This document shows, in pieces, positions 37,432-44,935 of a stretch of 64,000 bases of DNA (the first letter of the stretch is position 1; each line of letters starts with the position of its first letter). The stretch is from NCBI GenBank assembly GCA_964435435.1, contig CAYSZJ010000004.1, positions 66 to 64,065 on the forward strand, read 5' to 3'. Position numbers and translations under genes: made by a program. Source of the DNA: an uncultured archaeon (lineage in GTDB: Archaea > Asgardarchaeota > Lokiarchaeia > Sigyniarchaeales > SOKP01). The notes under the pieces are model-generated. The model saw nothing but the letters and a program-made list of their open reading frames with translations. It searched no databases and had not been told where the DNA came from.

Positions 37432-40400
37432 TTGTAAAATGATAAACTGTTATTGCATTTTCTGGACAGCTTGCACCACATACACCACATCCTTTACAAA
37501 GTAACTTGTTTATAACCACTTTATCCTCTTCATTCTTTGATATAGCGTTATAGGGACAAAGTTTTATACAAACTTTACATCCTACGCATAACTCGTTGTT
37601 CACTTCCGCTACTAAACCTGAGCCAATAATATCTTTTGAACTTAAAAATCTGCTTGCCCTTCCAGCAGCTCCATTTGCTTGAGTGATTGATTCTTGAATA
37701 TGTTTTGGCCAATGAGCACATCCACATAAGAAGACTCCGTCCGTAGCAAAATCTACTGGTCTCAGTTTAGCATGTGCTTCTAAGAAAAAACCATGCCTAT
37801 CTAAAGGTACTTTAAGCATTTTTGCCAATTCTTCTGAATTATCCGTAGGAATCATAGGAGGCGATAAAATAATTAAATCTGTTTCAAATGTGATAATATC
37901 CTGCAAATTCGTGTCAAATATTTTTATCCCGTATTTTTCAGGTTTATTGCTTATTTTCGTGATTTCTGGTGGTTTATTTAAATCATATCTTAGAAGTATA
38001 GCATCTCCTCTTCGATCAAAAAGATATTCTTCAAATTCTTTTTTGGCCATTTGAAAATCTCTATAAAGAACAATCATTTCGAGATCAGGCTTTAATTGTT
38101 TTAAGATATTCAAATTTTTAATAGCAGTTGCACAACATATATTCGAACAGTATGTAATTCCTTCTTTTTCTCTCGCATTTATGCATAAAATTGTTGTAAC
38201 ACGCTTAGTACTATCAAACCAAGAGTGGTCTCTTTGATTCAATCGTTTTTCTAGTTCCAATTCTGTAATAACATTGTTATTTTTATCACCATATTGATCG
38301 AATCTTATAGGTTTTAATTCTTGACCTCCAGTAGCAACGATAATAACACCAACTTTCAGTTCACTAACTTCATTTTTGGAGTCAATAATAGAGACATCAA
38401 AATTGCCAATATATCCTTTTACATCTTTTACTCTAGACTCTAAGCAAACTTGAATTTTTTCATTTTTCTTAACATTTTCTTTTATCTCTTTTAAAAATTT
38501 TGAAGCATCTTCTTGAGTTGGATATAAAAGGTATAAATCATTCAAAATTCCTCCAAGAATCTTCTCTTTTTCTACAAGATAGACTGTATATCCTTGGTTA
38601 GCAATATTCAAGGCTGCAGTCATTCCAGATATACCGCCACCAATTATTAATGCCTTTGGTATAACTGATAATTTTTGTTCTTGTTGTGATCTCAATAATC
38701 TAGATTTCGCAACAGTCATTTCAATTAAATCTATAGCCTTCTCGGTAGCAAGCTCCTTTTCTGTCATATGAACCCAAGAACACTGATCACGAATATTTGC
38801 CATTTCAAAAAGGTACTTGTTTAATCCTGCTTCTTGGCAAGTTTCTTGAAATAAGGATTCATGCGTTCTTGGTGTGCAAGATGCCACAATAAATCTATTT
38901 AAATTATATTCATCAATTACTTCCTTAATTCTTGCTTGAGAATCACTAGAACAGGAATATAAATTATCTTCACAAAAAACGACATTAGGCAATGATTTTA
39001 TATGTTCTACAACTTGAGGTATATCAATATATTTTCCGATATTAATTCCACAATGACAGATAAGTACGCCAATTCTAGGTTCTTCTGTTATATCGACTTC
39101 TTTTTCTGGTATATCAAATACTTTTTCTTTTACTTGGGTATATTTTGCGGAACTGAGTAAAGCTGCCACTTGTGAAGCGACTCCACTGGCATCAGCTACA
39201 GTTTCTGGTATGTCCATTGGACCTTGACAAAATCCAGCCAAGAAGACACCCTTTTTCGAAGATATTGATTTAGTAAAATGATTTTTTTCCTTAAAGAAAT
39301 TATAATCATCTAAGTTAATATCTAAAATATTTGCTAATTCTTTGGTTCCGCTAGAAGAAACTAGAGGTGTAGCTAATACAACTAAATTTGCTCGAAAATT
39401 ATTAAGTAATCCAGATTGTAAATCTTCATAATGAATAATCAAATCTTTTGTCTCAGGATCCTCTATGATTTTACTAATTTTAGTATGGAAATATTTTACT
39501 CCATATTCTTCTTGAGCTCTTTGAGTAAATTCATAGAAGTTTTTCCCATATGCCCTAATATCGTGTCTAAAAACAAAACATTTGGAATTTTCTGAGTGTT
39601 CTTTTGTGATAATTGCTTCTTTAGCAGCATACATGCAGCATACGCTTGAACAGTAAGGAACTCTTTGTTGCAGATCTCTTGAACCCGCACATTGAATAAA
39701 GGCAATATTATCTGGTTCTTGTTTATCACTTGGGCGTAGAACGTGTCCGCCAAATGGTCCAGATGCACATAAAATTCTCTCATATTCTAAACCATTTACC
39801 ACGTTCTCATAATTATAACCCCATCTAGAGGTTAATTCCTCTCCAAACATATCAAATCCAGTTGCTACTACAATTGCTCCGACATTTAATTCGATTTCTT
39901 GATGTTTTTGTTCGAAATCTATTGCTTCCGCGCTACAAACTTTTTGACATACTCCGCATACATCTTTAGTCAATTTTAGACACATATTAGGATCAATTAA
40001 ATAGATAGGAGGTACTGCTTGAGGAAATGGGATATACACAGATTTCCTTTTACCTAGATTCATATCAAAAATATTTGGGGCTTCGATCTTTGGACATTTA
40101 GTAGCACAATCACCACATCCTTTGCAAAGATCTTCATTTATATAACGAGGTTTTTTAAGGACGGTTACTTTAAAATCTCCTGGTTTTCCTTCAACTTTTT
40201 GGACTTCATGATAAGTCATTAGTTCAATATTGGGATTACGAAATACTTCAACCATTTTTGGCGCTAAAATGCATAAACTACAATCTAAAGTAGGAAAGGT
40301 TTTATCTAGTTGAGCCATTCTACCCCCAATTGAAGGTGTTTTTTCTACTAAGTAAACTTTAAAACCCAATTCAGTTAAATCTAAAGAAGTCTGTATCCCT

Positions 40401-40438
40401 GCTATTCCCCCTCCAATGACACACACAGATCCCTCCAT
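37388..40438 (-). CDS. hdrA: Long double-module HdrA-like flavoprotein, Cys form
   Basis: 1016 aa, colinear with 21670..24780 and 26938..30018. Its ATG overlaps the stop of the upstream hdrD-like gene by 1 nt. Confidence 0.9.
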   Translation of the reverse strand: MEGSVCVIGGGIAGIQTSLDLTELGFKVYLVEKTPSIGGRMAQLDKTFPTLDCSLCILAPKMVEVFRNPNIELMTYHEVQKVEGKPGDFKVTVLKKPRYINEDLCKGCGDCATKCPKIEAPNIFDMNLGKRKSVYIPFPQAVPPIYLIDPNMCLKLTKDVCGVCQKVCSAEAIDFEQKHQEIELNVGAIVVATGFDMFGEELTSRWGYNYENVVNGLEYERILCASGPFGGHVLRPSDKQEPDNIAFIQCAGSRDLQQRVPYCSSVCCMYAAKEAIITKEHSENSKCFVFRHDIRAYGKNFYEFTQRAQEEYGVKYFHTKISKIIEDPETKDLIIHYEDLQSGLLNNFRANLVVLATPLVSSSGTKELANILDINLDDYNFFKEKNHFTKSISSKKGVFLAGFCQGPMDIPETVADASGVASQVAALLSSAKYTQVKEKVFDIPEKEVDITEEPRIGVLICHCGINIGKYIDIPQVVEHIKSLPNVVFCEDNLYSCSSDSQARIKEVIDEYNLNRFIVASCTPRTHESLFQETCQEAGLNKYLFEMANIRDQCSWVHMTEKELATEKAIDLIEMTVAKSRLLRSQQEQKLSVIPKALIIGGGISGMTAALNIANQGYTVYLVEKEKILGGILNDLYLLYPTQEDASKFLKEIKENVKKNEKIQVCLESRVKDVKGYIGNFDVSIIDSKNEVSELKVGVIIVATGGQELKPIRFDQYGDKNNNVITELELEKRLNQRDHSWFDSTKRVTTILCINAREKEGITYCSNICCATAIKNLNILKQLKPDLEMIVLYRDFQMAKKEFEEYLFDRRGDAILLRYDLNKPPEITKISNKPEKYGIKIFDTNLQDIITFETDLIILSPPMIPTDNSEELAKMLKVPLDRHGFFLEAHAKLRPVDFATDGVFLCGCAHWPKHIQESITQANGAAGRASRFLSSKDIIGSGLVAEVNNELCVGCKVCIKLCPYNAISKNEEDKVVINKLLCKGCGVCGASCPENAITVYHFTNEQILSEIIAYGGE

Positions 40439-41718
40439 TATTCTTTAACCTCTACTTTTTTATCAGGATCTATTACATTTATCATATCAACCAAAAATTC
40501 TGAGAAATCCATTATTTCTATTGAAGTGAAATCATCATAATCTTTTTTTAGGCAAGTTAAGTGTATACGGCATTTTGGACATGACGTTATCATTTTTGTT
40601 CCAACAGTTTTAGCTTCTGAAAGACGTTTATATCGTAAAGCTTTGGATCTCTCATTACAATTCATCCAAGAATTAACTCCACAACAATAGGAATTTTCTT
40701 TATTATGCTCCATTTCCTTAAATTCGTAACCTAATCTTTCTAAATGATGAAATATGTCTCGAACTTTTTCAATTATATTATTTTCTTTCGGTAAATATCT
40801 ACTTAATCTACAAGGATCGTGATAAGTAAAAGGAATAATTTCGCTAGATTCATTTGGATTCTTAAATTCAATCTTACCTTGCTTCCAATTATCAAAAATG
40901 TATTCAATTATATGTTTAACTTCAAATTTATCATTAAAATCTTCAAATAAATTTGGATAGTCAATTTTAAATGTTCTATAACATTCAGCACAAGCAGTTA
41001 TTATTGTAGAAATCCCTGCTTTTTCAAAATTATTTAAATTTTTCTTTGCTAATTCAATAAACACTTCGAATTTTCCTTGACCCCAATATAAATCATGACC
41101 ACAGCATGTCTCCTCTTTAAGAACTACTATTGGTTCGTTCTCAATTTGGCAAATTATTTTCAGGCTGCTTTCTGCTATAGAATCTGAATTTTCAAATTCA
41201 AAATTAAAAAAGGGTAAACATCCAACATAAAATAAAATATTTCCTTTCTCTGAAATTTTACAATCTTTAGGAACCCAATCTAAAGGTCTTTCAATTTCAA
41301 TATTATTTTGACTCATTATTTCTGACATCATAGGATAAATGCCTTTATGAGCAATAGAACGATCAACATTTTGAATGTCTTTCATCCTCATTTTATATCT
41401 AGCAATTCGTACAATATCAGCAAAATTTATATCTTTGGGACACATCTGAAGGCAACTATTGCACATTAAACAGTCCCATAATAACCCACTCTTAATTACA
41501 TCATCTTCAAAACCTTCTAATATCATCTGAATAATTCTGCTAGGTGTAAATTTTTGAACTTTACTAATTTGACATACACCTGAGCAACGAGCACATTGAT
41601 AACATTTTTTCAATAAGTTTCTTAGATCTGGCTCGTATATTTTTCTTAAAAAATAATCAGTATCATTAGTATTTTGTTTTATTTTCTTATTTCTTTCTGT
41701 TTCTGTTATGCAACTCAC
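40438..41718 (-). CDS. HdrD-like protein (HdrC-type ferredoxin + double CCG domain), paralogue of 24780..26060
   Basis: 426 aa. 'CYQCARCSGVC', 'CLMCNSCLQMCP', 'FYVGCLPFF...CCGHDLYW', 'YHDPCRLSR...CCGVNSW'. Confidence 0.85.
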   Translation of the reverse strand: MSCITETERNKKIKQNTNDTDYFLRKIYEPDLRNLLKKCYQCARCSGVCQISKVQKFTPSRIIQMILEGFEDDVIKSGLLWDCLMCNSCLQMCPKDINFADIVRIARYKMRMKDIQNVDRSIAHKGIYPMMSEIMSQNNIEIERPLDWVPKDCKISEKGNILFYVGCLPFFNFEFENSDSIAESSLKIICQIENEPIVVLKEETCCGHDLYWGQGKFEVFIELAKKNLNNFEKAGISTIITACAECYRTFKIDYPNLFEDFNDKFEVKHIIEYIFDNWKQGKIEFKNPNESSEIIPFTYHDPCRLSRYLPKENNIIEKVRDIFHHLERLGYEFKEMEHNKENSYCCGVNSWMNCNERSKALRYKRLSEAKTVGTKMITSCPKCRIHLTCLKKDYDDFTSIEIMDFSEFLVDMINVIDPDKKVEVKE

Positions 41719-41722
41719 ACCC

Positions 41723-42835
41723 TTATTTTAAACTATCCATAAATTTTTCTTTTCGTCTTATTTTTAACTGAGAAAATTTAGAAATTAACTCTTTCATATT
41801 GTTTTTAGTTATAGTATCATGTTCTAAGCATTTAATTGCTTTAGCGTCTAATACTTTATGAAGTAATTGTTTACCTTTTTCAGTGCGAGGAATTACAGTT
41901 GTATATCTATCTGGTGAGCTAAGACCCCCAAATGAAATATCTGAATAAACATTAGTAAAATCACTACAAGAATGACAAGCGGGACGGATGTAATTACCTA
42001 ATTTTTCAAAGGAAATATGGATTATTTTTTCTTTCGAGCTTTTGTCTTCTAACTTTAAAATTAGATCCTCTTTAATATTTATCTTTTTAATATTTTCAAA
42101 TTTTATCTTAAAATCTTTTTCAAATATCTCTATTTGAGATTTATCAAATAGAAAATTATGGTAGCAAAATAACCCTAAACAAATTTCAATATATTCTGAA
42201 GGGGTAACACCCAAATTTTGCATACATCTAATTGTATAAATTTGACAAGGCGTTCCTACTATTGCTAATTTTTTAAATTTAAAATGGTTAAATTTTGGAA
42301 TTGAGCGCGTATAAGTGCAAAATCTTTGAATCTCGTCTAGTTGTGAAGTTATTTCCAGCTTTGTCCCGGAAGCTTTAAATAATTCATCCTTATTATCTGC
42401 GAACATAGATTCCCTAGAAAATGGAGCATCAAATTTTGATACTATTGCTCCATCAATTATTTTATTTTCTAATAAGTAATTTATTATTGTATTTACTATA
42501 CCTCCATCAGTTCCAATTTTTAAAAATTCAGGATCATTAGTTTGGCAAGAATAAATATCTTCAAAATTACCAAGGGGCATGGAGGCAAAATTTGTAAATT
42601 GATAAGTTTTATTAAGATCTTCATCCAAAACATGAGTTTGAGGGCAAATATAATAACATATACCACATTCAAGGCATTCCTCCTTATTTATATATTCCGG
42701 AGGTGAAAAGGGCTCTTTAAAGCCGATTACATTTTCAAATGTTGCTGAACAGAAAGAAGTGCATCCCCCACATTCTTGACAAATACCTTTTTCATGGACT
42801 TCCTTAATTAAATCTTGAAATGTTTTTGAACTCAT
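41723..42835 (-). CDS. FrhB/FdhB-family flavo-iron-sulfur protein with N-terminal 2x[4Fe-4S] ferredoxin
   Basis: 'CQECGGCTSFC' and 'CLECGICYYICP' are ferredoxin motifs. 'DGGIVNTIINYLLENKIIDGAIV' is the FrhB N-domain and 'IVGTPCQIYTIR' the FrhB C-domain. The start is set at the internal ATG 42835, which avoids a 53-nt overlap; the track ORF begins at 42904. Confidence 0.8.
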   Translation of the reverse strand: MSSKTFQDLIKEVHEKGICQECGGCTSFCSATFENVIGFKEPFSPPEYINKEECLECGICYYICPQTHVLDEDLNKTYQFTNFASMPLGNFEDIYSCQTNDPEFLKIGTDGGIVNTIINYLLENKIIDGAIVSKFDAPFSRESMFADNKDELFKASGTKLEITSQLDEIQRFCTYTRSIPKFNHFKFKKLAIVGTPCQIYTIRCMQNLGVTPSEYIEICLGLFCYHNFLFDKSQIEIFEKDFKIKFENIKKINIKEDLILKLEDKSSKEKIIHISFEKLGNYIRPACHSCSDFTNVYSDISFGGLSSPDRYTTVIPRTEKGKQLLHKVLDAKAIKCLEHDTITKNNMKELISKFSQLKIRRKEKFMDSLK

Positions 42836-42851
42836 GATAATAATTTTATTT

Positions 42852-44348
42852 TTATTCTTTTTCCAGTTTAATTGGTTTGCAATTTTTTCTTTTAGTACCA
42901 GCAATCCTTTCTAATAAGGGTTGTCCTGGTTTAACATCTTTTAAACTTTTTGATTCTATTATCCCTGCTTTAATTGCCTCTTTATAGATTTTTTCACCTT
43001 TTTTATTTCGCGTAATTACTGTAGACCATCCACTAGGTGAGCCAATTGAACCAATGCTGATATCAGCATAATCACATGTTAGATCTTCGCAAAAATGACA
43101 GTTATGGCGTGCATATGATTTAACGTCGTTTAAGGGTACTCTTAAATCCTCCCCCGAATCTAAGTATATAATGAATTTACCCCCACTTATATCCATTTTT
43201 GTTACTTTATTAAAATCTTTATCAAATTGTTCTTTAATTAAGTTAAGTATGCCCTCATAGGGAAATGATTCCATGCAAAAAAGCCCAATTCTATATTTAA
43301 TATTCTTGAAAAATGGTAAACCACTTGGAAATAAATATCCTTTCTCTAAAGCATTCATCATACAAGGAACACCTACAACCGCGATATTTTCATACTTTTT
43401 TGATTGATCTATTATGCTTAATGTTGAGGCGTTAGCGTATTTTGTGCCACCAGTCTTATATAAATCTTTAATATCTTCTACTATAATTGGCTCTGGTTTC
43501 CATAATTCCTTTGAATGTTTTACTGCTACAATTGCATTAACTAATTTATTTTTAAGTAAGTATTCAAGTAAAGAAGTGACAATCCCTCCATCTTGTCGTA
43601 CTTTTTTAATCTCATCCTTAGTTGTTGTAGCAGAATAACTATTAATATAACCATTAATTTTTTCTGAAAATTTTAAAGATTTATCAAGTTTATTTATACT
43701 TTTACCTGCTTGTTCAATTGAAAATGATCTCGGGCAAACAGAATAACATAACCCGCATTTCATACAAGCATCATTATCGATCTCTAATGTATCTGCTGTG
43801 ACTGTAATAGCATTTACAGGGCAAATTGATGAGCACCACCCACACTGACAACATACTTCAGAATCAAATACAATAGAAACGGGTTCAAAAAAATGTTCAA
43901 TGAAACCACCAAGTATATCTTTAACTTGATATCTATAGAAACGTTCTTCTTCCTCGACTTCTTTTTCTTCTCCCTTTACTTTCTTGATAACAGTTTTAGT
44001 TTTTATTTCAACACGTTCTTCAACATATCCTTGTTCTTTAAGGTAAATAACATCACGAATTACGTTTTCTGGAGGAAATTCTTTTATAATTTTGGCAATT
44101 TCCTCTAAAAATAACGGTTTCTTACCTTTTAATCCTTCTAACACTAATTTACGCTCTGTTTCAGCATCGACCATAGCATCTAGAATTTCATAAAATTTCT
44201 CCTCAGAATATTTACCAATTTTCGAAATATCTTCTTTTGCTTCGAAAAACGCTCTAATTTGAAAGTTTTCGACTGCTTTATAGGTAGCATCCATTAAATT
44301 CTTTGGAGATATCCCATCAAAATTAATATCTTTTACAATTTGAACCAT
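42852..44348 (-). CDS. FrhB/FdhB-family protein with ~150-aa N-terminal extension containing a wHTH-like segment
   Basis: 498 aa. 'CCQCGWCSSICP' and 'CMKCGLCYSVCP' are ferredoxin motifs. Also 'DGGIVTSLLEYLLKNKLVNAIV' and 'VVGVPCMMNALEKG'. N-terminal 'LVLEGLKGKKPLFLEEIAKIIKEFPPENVIRDVIYLKEQGYVEE' is wHTH-like. Confidence 0.8.
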   Translation of the reverse strand: MVQIVKDINFDGISPKNLMDATYKAVENFQIRAFFEAKEDISKIGKYSEEKFYEILDAMVDAETERKLVLEGLKGKKPLFLEEIAKIIKEFPPENVIRDVIYLKEQGYVEERVEIKTKTVIKKVKGEEKEVEEEERFYRYQVKDILGGFIEHFFEPVSIVFDSEVCCQCGWCSSICPVNAITVTADTLEIDNDACMKCGLCYSVCPRSFSIEQAGKSINKLDKSLKFSEKINGYINSYSATTTKDEIKKVRQDGGIVTSLLEYLLKNKLVNAIVAVKHSKELWKPEPIIVEDIKDLYKTGGTKYANASTLSIIDQSKKYENIAVVGVPCMMNALEKGYLFPSGLPFFKNIKYRIGLFCMESFPYEGILNLIKEQFDKDFNKVTKMDISGGKFIIYLDSGEDLRVPLNDVKSYARHNCHFCEDLTCDYADISIGSIGSPSGWSTVITRNKKGEKIYKEAIKAGIIESKSLKDVKPGQPLLERIAGTKRKNCKPIKLEKE

Positions 44349-44399
44349 ATTTCCATCCTTTTGGATTACATCTTTCTATAAAAAATTATATTTTTGATT

Positions 44400-44455
44400 G
44401 AATACTAATTTAAAACCCCTTCCTTCGCAAGGTGAGTCCTCTTATAACTAATATT
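44400..44455 (-). promoter_or_regulatory. Candidate SECIS-type RNA hairpin in the 3' region after Sec-type vhuD
   Basis: This is the only GC-rich island in the only sizeable (119-nt) gap of the nine-gene block. The minus-strand RNA AAUAUUAGUUAUAAGAGGACUCACCUUGCGAAGGAAGGGGUUUUAAAUUAGUAUUC folds by hand into a long imperfect hairpin. The apical stem is CCUU/AAGG with loop GCG, followed by an A/AA internal loop, then CUC/GGG, then an A-U/G.U lower stem. Confidence 0.35.
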
Positions 44456-44467
44456 TTTTTATAAGAA

Positions 44468-44929
44468 TCATTCTACAGGGGTAGTTATAACTTGTTTTGT
44501 TTCAACTTTCGTCTCTTTGTTTATTAGGTTAAGTGGATTTAGCCCAGCTTTTCTTACCTTTTCTAAAGCATCTTCCACACTTCTTACAAATTTCTCACTT
44601 TCTGCGCCACTGAGCCAATACATATTGATTCTTTGATTTCCGAATCCTCTAGATTCTAAGATTCTATTTGCTAATTCAACGTGTCTTTCAGCTGTGAAAT
44701 TACCATTTTTAAATTGACATTCATTAGGTCGTCAACCAACAATCATAACACCATCAGCTCCCGCGCGAATACTATATAAGATGTGCTTAATATCAATTCT
44801 ACCAGTACATCTTACTTTGATAATTTTTATAGCAGGTGTATATTTCAATCGAGAAACTCCGGCTAAATCAGCTGCACTATATCCTCACTTTAAGCAAGCA
44901 AAAACAATTATACTATATGTATTTTCCAT
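44468..44929 (-). CDS. vhuD: VhuD-type MvhD homologue with two in-frame UGA (selenocysteine) codons
   Basis: Hand translation of the minus strand gives 153 aa: 'MENTYSIIVFACLKUGYSAADLAGVSRLKY...VRCTGRIDIK...GADGVMIVGURPNECQF...'. UGA at 44885..44887 aligns with the 2nd Cys of CNWC. UGA at 44732..44734 aligns with the Cys of GCHxGDC. A GGAGGUGG Shine-Dalgarno-like sequence lies about 12 nt upstream of the ATG. This gene is not in the ORF track because of the UGAs. Confidence 0.85.
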
Positions 44930-44935
44930 GTCTGT

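Noticed and set aside
42836-42904. N-terminal extensions of track ORFs: 42836..42904 on the FrhB-like gene, 60315..60404 on the E1-like gene and 37402..37431 on mvhD::wHTH.
   Set aside because: The extensions overlap the upstream gene or encode hydrophobic or low-complexity leaders with no counterpart in the paralogues. Internal ATGs give compact operon spacing. The choice remains uncertain for 37401 versus 37431.
44468-44470. The terminal UGA of vhuD as a third Sec codon.
   Set aside because: Read-through would add only two residues before UAA, and the alignment with the MvhD paralogues has already ended. It is treated as the stop codon.
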